From: Mycobacterium sp.
GTDB lineage: Bacteria; Actinomycetota; Actinomycetes; RYN-182
Reading direction: 5' to 3'
Assembly: GCA_025965515.1 (NCBI GenBank)
Contig: JAOPWU010000002.1
Span: 1 to 48,388 of the forward strand
DNA: 48,388 bases
In this document: piece by piece, positions 38,819 through 47,738 of the stretch
Layout: each line of letters begins with the position of its first letter
How positions within the stretch are numbered: position 1 is the first letter of the stretch
Notes under the pieces: generated by a model
What the model saw: the letters and a program-made list of their open reading frames with translations, nothing else
Told to the model about the DNA's origin: nothing
Databases searched by the model: none
Program-made: the position numbers and the translations under genes

Positions 38819-40896
38819 CGGTCGTCGGGGAGCCGATCGCCCGGCTGGAGGCTGCGGAGAAGGTCACGGGCGCGGCCCGGTACGCGGTCGACCACCCGGT
38901 CGACGACGTCGCGTACGTCTGGCCGGTGCAGGCGACCATCGCGAAGGGACGGGTGACCGCCGTCGACGCCACGGCGGCACGGGCGCTGCCCGGCGTCCTC
39001 GCCGTGCTCTCCCCCGAGAACCTCCCGACGGTCCACGAGGTCGACGACGGCGAGCTGCTGCTCTTCCAGCGCGGGGAGGTCCACTACCGCGGCCAGTTCG
39101 TGGCGGCGGTCGTGGCCGAGACGCTGGAGCAGGCCCGGGAGGCGTCGACGCTGGTCCGTGTCTCCTACGCCGAGGAGCCGCACGACGTCGTGCTGCGCCC
39201 CGACCATCCCGGCCTGTACGCGCCCGAGACGGTGAACGCCGGGTTCCCCACCGACACCGAGCAGGGCGACGTCGAGGGCGCCCTCGCGGCCGCGGCGGCC
39301 ACCGTCGACGCCACCTACCGGACCCCGGGCCAGCACAACAACCCCATGGAGCCGCACGCCACCACCGCCTGGTGGGAGGGCGACACGCTGCACCTGATCG
39401 ATGCGACGCAGGGCACGACCGGGGTCCGCCAGGCGGTCGCGCAGGTGCTGGGCATCGACCCCGAGCAGGTCCGGGTGCGCGCGCCGCACGTGGGCGGGGG
39501 CTTCGGCGCGAAGGGCAGCGCCCGGCCGAACGCGCCGCTCGCGGCGATCGCCGCCCGCCTGGTCGGCCGACCGGTACGGCTCGCCGTCACCCGGCAGATG
39601 ATGTTCTCCGTCGTCGGGTACCGCACCCCGACCATCCAGCGCGTACGGCTGGGCGCCGATGGCGACGGGCGGCTCACAGCGATCAGCCACGACGTCGTCG
39701 AGCAGACGTCCACCGTCTTCGAGTTCGCGGAGCAGACGGCCACCTACACCCGGCACGCCTACGCGGCACCCCACCGGCGGACGAGTCACCGGTTGGCGCG
39801 GCTCGACGTGCCCACACCGCGCTGGATGCGGGCGCCCGGCGAGTGCCCCGGCAGCTTCGCGCTGGAGTCGGCGATGGACGAGCTGGCCGTCGCCCTCGCG
39901 CTGGACCCGGTGGAGCTCCGGATCCGCAACGAACCGGCGCTCGACCCGGAGAGCGGCGACCCGTACAGCAGCCGCAACCTCGTGGCGTGCCTGCGGGAGG
40001 GGGCCGCCCGGTTCGGCTGGTCCGGGCGCGACCCGCGACCGGCCCTGCGGCGGGAGGGGCGCTGGCTGGTCGGTACGGGTGTCGCCTCGGCCGCCTACCC
40101 GGCGATGGCACGGCCGTCGCACGCGGCCGTCGGCGTGCAGGGCGGGCGCTACGCGGTGCGGGTCAACGCGACGGACATCGGGACGGGTGCGCGCACGGTC
40201 CTCTGGCAGATCGCGGTCGACTCGCTGGGGGTGCCCGCCGAGCAGGTGACCATCGACATCGGTGACTCGACGCTCGGTGACGCCCCCGTCGCCGGCGGGT
40301 CGGCGGGGTCGGCGTCGTGGGGCTGGGCGGTGCACAAGGCCTGCACCCGGCTGCGGGAGCAGCTGTCCCGCACCGAGGGGGCGGTCCCACCCGGGGGCCT
40401 CGAGGTCACCGTCGACACGACCGACGAACTGGCCGCCCGGAAACCGTTCGAGCGGCTGGCGTTCGGTGCCCACTTCGTGGAGGTCCGCGTCGACGCGGTC
40501 ACGGGCGAGGTGCGCGTGCCCCGCATGCTCGGGGTGTTCGCGGTCGGCCGCGTGCTGAACGCCCGGACCGCACGCAGCCAGCTCATCGGGGGCATGACGA
40601 TGGGGCTGTCCATGGCCCTGCACGAGGAGGGGCGGGTGGACCCGCGCTTCGGCGACTTCGCCAACGCCGACCTCGCCAGCTACCACGTGAGTGCGTGCGC
40701 GGACGTCCAGGACATCGAGGCCGTCTGGCTGGACGAACCGGACCCCTACCTGAACCCCATGGGTAGCAAGGGCGTCGGCGAGATCGGCATCGTGGGGTCG
40801 GCGGCCGCGGTGGTCAACGCGGTCCACCACGCGACCGGCGTGCGGGTGCGGGAACTCCCCGTCCACGTGGAGGACCTGCTGCCGTCCCTGCCGTGA
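38815..40896 (+). CDS. Molybdopterin-binding subunit (PaoC/YagR-like)
   Basis: KVTGAARYA, HNNPMEPH, VGGGFGAK, MRAPGE, DIGTG, SQLIGG, KGVGE catalytic Glu. Confidence 0.96.
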   Translation: MTVVGEPIARLEAAEKVTGAARYAVDHPVDDVAYVWPVQATIAKGRVTAVDATAARALPGVLAVLSPENLPTVHEVDDGELLLFQRGEVHYRGQFVAAVVAETLEQAREASTLVRVSYAEEPHDVVLRPDHPGLYAPETVNAGFPTDTEQGDVEGALAAAAATVDATYRTPGQHNNPMEPHATTAWWEGDTLHLIDATQGTTGVRQAVAQVLGIDPEQVRVRAPHVGGGFGAKGSARPNAPLAAIAARLVGRPVRLAVTRQMMFSVVGYRTPTIQRVRLGADGDGRLTAISHDVVEQTSTVFEFAEQTATYTRHAYAAPHRRTSHRLARLDVPTPRWMRAPGECPGSFALESAMDELAVALALDPVELRIRNEPALDPESGDPYSSRNLVACLREGAARFGWSGRDPRPALRREGRWLVGTGVASAAYPAMARPSHAAVGVQGGRYAVRVNATDIGTGARTVLWQIAVDSLGVPAEQVTIDIGDSTLGDAPVAGGSAGSASWGWAVHKACTRLREQLSRTEGAVPPGGLEVTVDTTDELAARKPFERLAFGAHFVEVRVDAVTGEVRVPRMLGVFAVGRVLNARTARSQLIGGMTMGLSMALHEEGRVDPRFGDFANADLASYHVSACADVQDIEAVWLDEPDPYLNPMGSKGVGEIGIVGSAAAVVNAVHHATGVRVRELPVHVEDLLPSLP

Positions 40897-40932
40897 CCGC
40901 CCGCTCCCGGGCCGGTCAGGTGTCGCGGGCGG

Positions 40933-41415
40933 TCAGACCTGCGGGGCAGGGCCGACGCCCGCCACGGGGCTCCAGGGGCGCGGCGGCTCCCCGCGCAGCT
41001 GGCGGAGGAACTCCTGGAGCACCCAATCGTTCAGCGCCTTCTGCGCCGGGCTGCGCTGCAGCGTCAGCAGGTCCTCGGTGCGGCAGAACTCGTCGACGTC
41101 GTCGAGCATGCGCTGCAAGGTGACGACGACCTGCTCGGTCTCCGGCCGGACCGGGTAGGGCAGGTCGACGTGGGTCTCGCCGCGCGCGGCGGCGGCCGCC
41201 CGCAGCCGGTGGGGCTCGGCGAGCTCCGTGGCGTACTGGCGCGTCAGCTGCTCGACCATCGTCTGCAGGCGGGCGGGCACGTCGTGCTTCGAGGTCCCCG
41301 AGAGCTGCCCGAGCCGGATGAGGGTGAACTCGCGCATCCACTCGTGGACGTGCTCCTCCACCGAGGAGCCGAGTTCGACGGGGTAGCGCAGGAGCCAGAC
41401 GGTCTCGGTGGTCAC
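40933..41415 (-). CDS. Hypothetical all-helical protein coupled to the HATPase
   Basis: GTGA overlap with the HATPase stop. Ordinary protein-like sequence with HxxExxREF and DEFCR...LLTL...W...EF.RQ..G..P.PW. Confidence 0.75.
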   Translation of the reverse strand: MTTETVWLLRYPVELGSSVEEHVHEWMREFTLIRLGQLSGTSKHDVPARLQTMVEQLTRQYATELAEPHRLRAAAAARGETHVDLPYPVRPETEQVVVTLQRMLDDVDEFCRTEDLLTLQRSPAQKALNDWVLQEFLRQLRGEPPRPWSPVAGVGPAPQV

Positions 41416-41954
41416 GCGGCCGCCAGGAGCCGCGGCGCAGCGGAGAACAGGCGCAGGCGGGTGACACCGGCGCCGTTGCCGGGCGCGAGCGCGGGACCGT
41501 CGTCCTCCTCGACGTCGGACAGCCAGTCGACCACCGCGAAACTCTCGGCGAGGTCGACGTCCCGGCGGGCGGCGGTGCGCGGGGTGACCCGGGCCCAGAT
41601 CGTCTTGCCGTGGTCGTCGTGCCGGACGCCGTGCTCGGCGGACAGGGAGTGCACCAGGCGCATCCCCCGGCCGGTGCTGGAGGTCTCGGAGAAGGCCCGC
41701 ACCAGCGGCACGTGGGGGCTGCCGTCGCGCACCTCCACCGTCAGGACGTCGCCGTCCAGCGACGCGGTGACGTCGACCTCGCCGCCGACGTGGAGCACGA
41801 CGTTCGTGACCAGCTCGGAGATGAGGAGCTCGGCGCTGGGCAGGAGCTCCGGCTGGCCCTGGTCGAGCAGGTGGGCCCGGATCAGGTGGCGCGCCGCGGG
41901 CACCGATGCTGGCGTCGCGGGCCACGAGCCCTGCGTGACGAGGCGTCCGGTCAC
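41412..41954 (-). CDS. Anti-sigma-factor-type ATP-binding protein (HATPase_c, RsbW-like)
   Basis: SVPAARH, LLISELVTNVVLH, VEVRDG, GRGM.LV, GKTIW. AGGAG RBS. Confidence 0.9.
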   Translation of the reverse strand: MTGRLVTQGSWPATPASVPAARHLIRAHLLDQGQPELLPSAELLISELVTNVVLHVGGEVDVTASLDGDVLTVEVRDGSPHVPLVRAFSETSSTGRGMRLVHSLSAEHGVRHDDHGKTIWARVTPRTAARRDVDLAESFAVVDWLSDVEEDDGPALAPGNGAGVTRLRLFSAAPRLLAAA

Positions 41955-42026
41955 TGTTCTCCTGCGTGGCGCGGCGGGGCGAGGGGACCATCCAATCACC
42001 CTCGGCTGCCACGCCCCACGGGCGCG

Positions 42027-43202
42027 TCAGGCCAGCGCGGCGTACGCGGCGGCCTGGATGTCCCGGTGGACCGCCGGCGCCTCCGGGCTCTCGAACATCC
42101 GCTGCGTCAGGACGACGACCGTCAGGTCGTGCCGGGGGTCCACGAGCCAGGAACTGCCGAACCCGCCGTCCCACCCGAAGGCGCCGGACTCCAGCACGGC
42201 CGTGCCGTACCCCCAGGACCGGTGGTCGAAGAAGCCGGCGCCGAGGCCGCCCGTCGCCTTCTGCGCGGGCGTCAGCTGGTCGGTCGTCATGGCGTGCACG
42301 GCGTCGCCGGTCAGCACCGAGCCGCCGCCGGACAGCAGCATCCGGGCGAACGCGAGCATGTCGTCCACGGTCGAGACCAGGCCCGCGGCCGCATCGCCGA
42401 AGGTCGGGGGCCGGCGCCACATGCCGTCCGGCGGGTCCCACACCTCCAGCCCGGTCGGGGTGGGTCGGTACGCCGTGGCGAGCCGTTCCGGCCGGTCGGT
42501 CCACAGCCCGGTGTCGCGCATGCCGAGCGGCTCGAAGAGCCGACCTGCGAGGACGTCCCCGAGCGGTTCCCCGGCGGCCCGCGCCAGCAGCACGCCCAGC
42601 ACCGAGCCGGCGGTGTTGTAGAGCCAGCGCTCCCCCGGCTGCGCGAGCAGCGGCAGGCTCCCGAGCCCGGCGATCCAGGCGTCCGGATCCGGCTGCGCCG
42701 CCAGGTCGGGCGGCCCGATCGTGCCGAGCCGGAGTTCCTCCGCCGCCGTGACCACCGGCCAGGGGGCGGGCCCCGTGAACATCTCCATGACCATGCCGAA
42801 ACCGAAGGTGTACGTCAGCAGGTCGCGGGGGGTGATGGCGCGCCGGGCCGGGACGGTGTCGTCGAGCGGTCCGTCCATGCGTCGCAGCACCCGGCGGTCC
42901 GCCAGCTCGGGCAGCAGCCGGTCGACCGGCTCGTCCAGCGCGAACCGCCCCTCCGCTGCCAGCGCCAGGGCCGCCGCCGCGGCGATGGGCTTGGTTGTCG
43001 ACGCGATCCGGAACAGTGAGTCGCGCCTGACCGGCGGACCCCCGACCGTGAGGCATCCGAGGGCCTCGACGTGCACCTGGTCGCCCCGGGCGACGAGGGC
43101 GACCAGCCCCGGAACACCGTCGTCCCCGACATGGCGCCGCGCCGCCTCGTGCAGTGCTTCGGTGCCTGCCGCGGTCAGTCCGCGGCCCGTCGTGTGCGTC
43201 AC
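42027..43202 (-). CDS. Serine hydrolase, beta-lactamase class C/esterase family
   Basis: FRIASTTK (SxxK), LLTYTFG, QPGERWLYN, PLGM.DT, FGWDGGFG. Confidence 0.92.
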   Translation of the reverse strand: MTHTTGRGLTAAGTEALHEAARRHVGDDGVPGLVALVARGDQVHVEALGCLTVGGPPVRRDSLFRIASTTKPIAAAAALALAAEGRFALDEPVDRLLPELADRRVLRRMDGPLDDTVPARRAITPRDLLTYTFGFGMVMEMFTGPAPWPVVTAAEELRLGTIGPPDLAAQPDPDAWIAGLGSLPLLAQPGERWLYNTAGSVLGVLLARAAGEPLGDVLAGRLFEPLGMRDTGLWTDRPERLATAYRPTPTGLEVWDPPDGMWRRPPTFGDAAAGLVSTVDDMLAFARMLLSGGGSVLTGDAVHAMTTDQLTPAQKATGGLGAGFFDHRSWGYGTAVLESGAFGWDGGFGSSWLVDPRHDLTVVVLTQRMFESPEAPAVHRDIQAAAYAALA

Positions 43203-43282
43203 GGCACCCTTCCTCGCTCGGCGTGCGCCCGGTCCCGAGGGAAGACGGCGCCGGGGCGCCGGACTCATCGGCGGGAAAGTTG

Positions 43283-44572
43283 TCAGTCCCGGGCCGCCGG
43301 CACGCCGGGCAGCGCCGCCGCCCGGCGCATCCGCCGCCGGCGGCCGAGCAACCCCTGCGCGACGTCCACCGCGATGTAGTCCGCGGCGGCGACGTACGCC
43401 GACAGCTCCAGCCGGGGTGGCTGCCCCGCGCCGTGTCGCTGCAGCTGCAGCCGGTGCCAGCCCGAGTTCGCAGCAGCACCGAGCAGCCGCTGGAGCGGCG
43501 CGGGACCCCCCACCCGCGGCGCCGGCCGCGGCAGCTCCTCGGCCTCGCCCGCCAGCAGCCGGGCTGCCAGCCCCGGGTCCACGGCGAGCGGCCGCCCGAG
43601 CCCGACCAGCGAGGCGACCCCACTGCGCAGGGCCCGCTCGATGCCCGCGCGCGTGCGGAAACCTCCGGTGAGCATGACGGGGACGGCCCCGGCCACCGCA
43701 GCCGAGACCTCCGCGGCTGCGGCCCAGAAGGGCGACTCCTGCGAGGTCGCCAGCGGTGTTCCGGCGGCCGTCAGCCCCAGCATGGCCGGCGCCTCGTAGC
43801 TGCCGCCGGAGATCTCCACGAGATCCCCGCCGGCGTCGGCGAACCACCGGGCGACCCGGGCCACCTCGTCGGTGGCACCGTCCCGGGCGTCGAGCTTGAC
43901 GGCCACCGCGGCGGACGACGGCAGCACGGCCCGGAGCCGCTCGACGATCTCGAGCAGGAGCCGGGCCCGGCCGGCGAGGCTGCCGCCGTAGCTGTCGTCG
44001 CGGTGGTTGTGCCGGGGGTCGAGGAACGTGCTGAGCAGGTAGCCGTGGGCGGCGTGCACCTGCACCCCGGCGAAGCCCGCGTCGACCACCCGCTGCGCGG
44101 CGAACACGAACGCGTCCCGGACGTCGCCGACCTCGTCGCTGGTCAGCGCCCGCGGCCGGGCGAACATCCCGGCGAGCGCGACGGCCGGGCCGCCCGAGGG
44201 GGTGACGGGAGTGGACTGGACGAACCGGTTCGTCTGCCGCCCGGGGTGGCTGAGCTGGACCAGGGTCGGTGTCTCCGCACAACTGGCGGCCCAGCGGGCC
44301 AGGGCGGCCCCGTCGGTCGCCGCGTCCACCACCACGTTGCGGGCACGTTCGAGGTGCCGCCGGTCGACCATGGCGTTCCCCGTGAGCAGGAGGCCGGCCC
44401 CGCCGGCTGCGGTGGTGGCCAGGAGGCGGTCCAGCGCCGGCGACGGGTCGTTGTCGCGGTCGGCGAGGCCCTCGGTCATCGCCGCGCGCCCCAGGCGGTT
44501 CGGCAGCATGAGGCCGCAGGGCAGCTGGAGCGGGTCAGCGAGGTTCGGGTGCGCGCCCGGATCGTTGGTCAC
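43283..44572 (-). CDS. NADH:flavin oxidoreductase (old yellow enzyme family)
   Basis: LPNRLGRAAMTE, QLSHPGRQ, AGF.GVQVHAAHGYLLS.FL.P..N.R.D.YGGS, EISGGSYE, TGGFR. Confidence 0.93.
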   Translation of the reverse strand: MTNDPGAHPNLADPLQLPCGLMLPNRLGRAAMTEGLADRDNDPSPALDRLLATTAAGGAGLLLTGNAMVDRRHLERARNVVVDAATDGAALARWAASCAETPTLVQLSHPGRQTNRFVQSTPVTPSGGPAVALAGMFARPRALTSDEVGDVRDAFVFAAQRVVDAGFAGVQVHAAHGYLLSTFLDPRHNHRDDSYGGSLAGRARLLLEIVERLRAVLPSSAAVAVKLDARDGATDEVARVARWFADAGGDLVEISGGSYEAPAMLGLTAAGTPLATSQESPFWAAAAEVSAAVAGAVPVMLTGGFRTRAGIERALRSGVASLVGLGRPLAVDPGLAARLLAGEAEELPRPAPRVGGPAPLQRLLGAAANSGWHRLQLQRHGAGQPPRLELSAYVAAADYIAVDVAQGLLGRRRRMRRAAALPGVPAARD

Positions 44573-44673
44573 GGGAGGTCTCTAGCACGTGGCGCGGTGG
44601 CCCCGCCCGCGGCGCTCGTTTGTGGGTGCAGGCCACGGGCAGGTGCCAGAGGAGCCGCCCCGGGGAGGGCACC

Positions 44674-45303
44674 GTGAGCCTGCCAGTCTCGATCAGCGCA
44701 TTGCTGCTGCTGGGGCTCGCCCAAGCAACGCCCGTAGGGAGCGACCCCGAGGGGCCGCCGCGGGCGCCGCACCACACCACGCCCGAGAAGGACGGCGTCC
44801 CCCTGGGCAGTGGCCCGATCGTGCTGGACGCCTACATCGACTTCCAGTGCCCGTACTGCCGGGCCTTCGAGATGTCGTCCGGGGACTCGCTGCGCGCGCT
44901 GGCCGACGAGGGCGTGATCACCCTCGTCTACCACCCGATGGACTTCCTGGATCAGGCGTCCACCAACCGCTACTCCTCGCGCGCTGCGTCCGCCTCCGGA
45001 TGTGCCGCCGACGCCGACCGGTTCGCCGACTACGCCCAGGTGCTGTTCGCGAACCAGCCGCCGGAGGGCGGCCCGGGGTTGAGCGATAGAGAACTCGCGG
45101 AGCTCGGCGTCTTGATCGGGTTGACCGATCCGGCCTTCGTCCGGTGCGTGCCGCAGCACCCGTACGTGCCGTGGTCCAACTACGTGACGCAGCGGGCATT
45201 CGCGCGGGGGGTCACTGCCACGCCGACCACGCTGGTCGCCGGGGCGCCGGTACCGGCCAACGCCGCGGCGGTCGCGGCGGCGGCGAGGGCCCTCTTCCGC
45301 TGA
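44674..45303 (+). CDS. DsbA family thioredoxin-fold protein
   Basis: YIDFQCPYC (CxxC), YSSRAA, GV.ATPT cis-Pro loop, hydrophobic N-terminus. Confidence 0.9.
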   Translation: MSLPVSISALLLLGLAQATPVGSDPEGPPRAPHHTTPEKDGVPLGSGPIVLDAYIDFQCPYCRAFEMSSGDSLRALADEGVITLVYHPMDFLDQASTNRYSSRAASASGCAADADRFADYAQVLFANQPPEGGPGLSDRELAELGVLIGLTDPAFVRCVPQHPYVPWSNYVTQRAFARGVTATPTTLVAGAPVPANAAAVAAAARALFR

Positions 45304-45355
45304 CGCCCTCCGGCCGGGAGGGCGCAGCCACGCCTGCGACGAAGGGACACCACCG

Positions 45356-45649
45356 GTGGCCGACGCGGTGACTACTGACGAGGTCATGAGCTACCTGACC
45401 GATGTGGACTACCCCGCGGACAAGGAGGCCCTGCTCGCCGCGGCGGAACGACACGGCGCGCCCAAGGAGGTGCTGCGCGCCATCCGGGCGATCCCGCCGG
45501 TCGACTACCGCAGTCGGGCCGAGGTCATCCAGTCCGTGCGGACGGACCCGTACCCACTCCGTGACCCGCACACGGCCGCCGAGCAGGCCAGGCAGAACAG
45601 CCGGTCCCGCGTAGCCGAGCCGCTCCGCGACCCCGGCACCAGCCCGTGA
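45356..45649 (+). CDS. DUF2795 family protein
   Basis: YL.DVDYPADKEALL..A...GA..EVL..I..IP..DY.S..EV. Confidence 0.82.
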   Translation: MADAVTTDEVMSYLTDVDYPADKEALLAAAERHGAPKEVLRAIRAIPPVDYRSRAEVIQSVRTDPYPLRDPHTAAEQARQNSRSRVAEPLRDPGTSP

Positions 45650-45671
45650 CGGTCGAACGGCGACGCGCCGC

Positions 45672-46820
45672 ATGGTGGAGCTGGAGGTCGGCGACGAGGT
45701 CGGCGGGGAGGCCGCGCCAGAGTTCACGCCGGAGATCCGCGTGGGCGTGCTGGTCGCTCCCGGCCTGACCGGCTCCTTCGTCGAGCGGCTCGTGGAGGAC
45801 GTCACCGCCGCGCTGCAGGAGCGTCACCCCGGGATCCGCTGGCGGCTCGAGACCGTCGAGGACGGCCTGGTGGAGCCGCCGGCCGAGGATGTCGCGATCG
45901 TCACCGCTGCCCGCGAGCGGTTGCTGGGCCGGACCTGGGACCTCGTGCTCTGCCTGACCGACCTGCCCCTGCGGGTCGCGCGTCGGCCGGTCGTCGCGCA
46001 CGCCAGCCCGCTGCACGGCGTCGCCGTCCTGTCCGTACCGGCGCTGGGGCCGGTCGGGCTGCGGCGACGGGCGCGGGACGCGGTGCTGCGCCTGATCGAC
46101 GCCCTGCTCGGCGAGGGCGAGACCGCCGGCCTGGGGCACGCGGAGGCGAAGGCCCGGTCGCGGCGGCTGACCCGCCGGCTGCGGGAGCTCGGCTCGGACA
46201 CCGACGACGACGGGGAGGGCATCCGGTTCACCGCCCGGGTGCTCACCGGCCACCTGCGGCTGCTCATCGGCATGGTGCGGGCCAACCGGCCCTGGCGGTT
46301 GGCTGCGCGGCTGTCCCGCGCGGTGGCGGCGGCGGGGGCCGCGGGTGCGCTGGCGCTCGTCACCTCGGACATCTGGCGGTTGGCCGACGCCCTCGGCTGG
46401 CTGCGGCTGGGGGCCGTCGCGGTGGGGGCTGCCGGGGCGATCACCGCGGCGCTCATCCTCGGCGCCGGGCTCTGGGAACACGTGAAGAACCCGGCCATGC
46501 GTCAGCAGGTGGTGCTCTTCAACCTGGCCACGACCGGCACCGTCCTCGTCGGCGTGGTCGCCCTCTACGTCGCGCTGTCCGTCGTGGCGCTCCCCGTGGC
46601 GCTGGTCCTCATCCCGGACGGGCTCTTCGCCTCCGCACTCGGCCACCCCGCGCACTTCCGGAACTATCTGGAGCTGGCCTGGCTGACCTCGTCGCTGGCC
46701 ACCTTCGGCGGCGCGCTGGGAGCAGGCCTGGAGACCGACGAGGCGATCCTGGCGGCCGCGTACACCTACCGCACGAGCGCGGCGACCGAGCGCGACGCGG
46801 GACCAGCCGCGCCTGAGTGA
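45672..46820 (+). CDS. Conserved hypothetical protein: soluble N-terminal domain plus multi-pass C-terminal membrane domain
   Basis: WDLV.CLTDLP, S.PALG, GMVRANRPW, then about 4 TM segments and GALGAGLE. Confidence 0.8.
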   Translation: MVELEVGDEVGGEAAPEFTPEIRVGVLVAPGLTGSFVERLVEDVTAALQERHPGIRWRLETVEDGLVEPPAEDVAIVTAARERLLGRTWDLVLCLTDLPLRVARRPVVAHASPLHGVAVLSVPALGPVGLRRRARDAVLRLIDALLGEGETAGLGHAEAKARSRRLTRRLRELGSDTDDDGEGIRFTARVLTGHLRLLIGMVRANRPWRLAARLSRAVAAAGAAGALALVTSDIWRLADALGWLRLGAVAVGAAGAITAALILGAGLWEHVKNPAMRQQVVLFNLATTGTVLVGVVALYVALSVVALPVALVLIPDGLFASALGHPAHFRNYLELAWLTSSLATFGGALGAGLETDEAILAAAYTYRTSAATERDAGPAAPE

Positions 46821-46839
46821 CGGGGCCACGCTGCGGCCC

Positions 46840-47556
46840 TCAGCCGTGCGACCCCACCCTGTCCACCGCCGCGTTGATGCGTCTCGCGAGCTCGACGTCC
46901 AGGTCGGTCACGCGGTTCAACGAGTGGGTCCAGACCTCGAAGGTGACCGTCCCGTCCTCTTGCTCGACCTGCGCGTGGTGGGTCATCTCGCGTTCGGCGC
47001 GGGCCACCGCGTCGCGGAGCGGCCGCACCCGGTCGGGGGGGAGCACGACGGTTCTCCGCAGGCGGTGTTCGTCGCCCTCCCACCCCGGGAGCCGATGGAG
47101 CTCCCGCGTGACCTCGTCCGGGTCGAGCAGCCGCGGTGTCAGCCGGATGGGCACGCCGGAGCCGCGGGGCGGGACCCCCTGGTCGATGGGTTCGAAGAGG
47201 TCCTCGCTGACGGGGAGGCGCTGGGCGATGGTCCGGATCAGCTCCGGCTCGGCCTCCGCCAGCGTGGAGAGCACCGCCTGGGCGTAGAAGCGGGCCCGCT
47301 CCTGCGGGCAGCCGGTCCCGTCGCTCACCAGGCGGACCAGGGCGCCATCGGAGTCGATCTGCGCCGTGGGGCCGCGCACGTCCGCGGCGTCCCGGAAGGC
47401 ACCGGGAACCGCGGCTGCCAGCTGGTGGCGCTCCGCTTCGTCGAGCCCGCTGGCAACCGCCGTGATGACGGCTTTCACCGCTCGCTGCGTCTCGTCGCTG
47501 TCGGCCGCGGCGACGAGCGACCCCACCGTCTGTATCAAGGTCGAGTACTCGATCAC
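46840..47556 (-). CDS. DUF2267-like N-terminal domain fused to a pterin-4a-carbinolamine dehydratase-like domain
   Basis: C-terminus LPGW...HHA......V.....THS...VT.LDV.LA.RI is the PCD signature. The N-terminus has two helical repeats of the DUF2267 type. Confidence 0.75.
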   Translation of the reverse strand: MIEYSTLIQTVGSLVAAADSDETQRAVKAVITAVASGLDEAERHQLAAAVPGAFRDAADVRGPTAQIDSDGALVRLVSDGTGCPQERARFYAQAVLSTLAEAEPELIRTIAQRLPVSEDLFEPIDQGVPPRGSGVPIRLTPRLLDPDEVTRELHRLPGWEGDEHRLRRTVVLPPDRVRPLRDAVARAEREMTHHAQVEQEDGTVTFEVWTHSLNRVTDLDVELARRINAAVDRVGSHG

Positions 47557-47738
47557 TGGGCTCTCCCGGGGTACGGCATGTTCACGGCCGCGCTCTCCTC
47601 CGGTACCCGAGACCTCCGCCCGTACGCGCCCGGCACCGGCCTCGGTCGGCGGGCGTCGCCCCCCACCGAATGTGTGCAACGGCTGGGAGATCACCCGGAT
47701 CCACGTGCGGGCAGGGCCCGGCGGGGTAGGCGTCTGGC

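Noticed and set aside
42027-43202. Beta-lactam resistance gene
   Set aside because: No signal peptide and no KTG triad (it has WDGG), so it is more like a cytoplasmic family VIII esterase.
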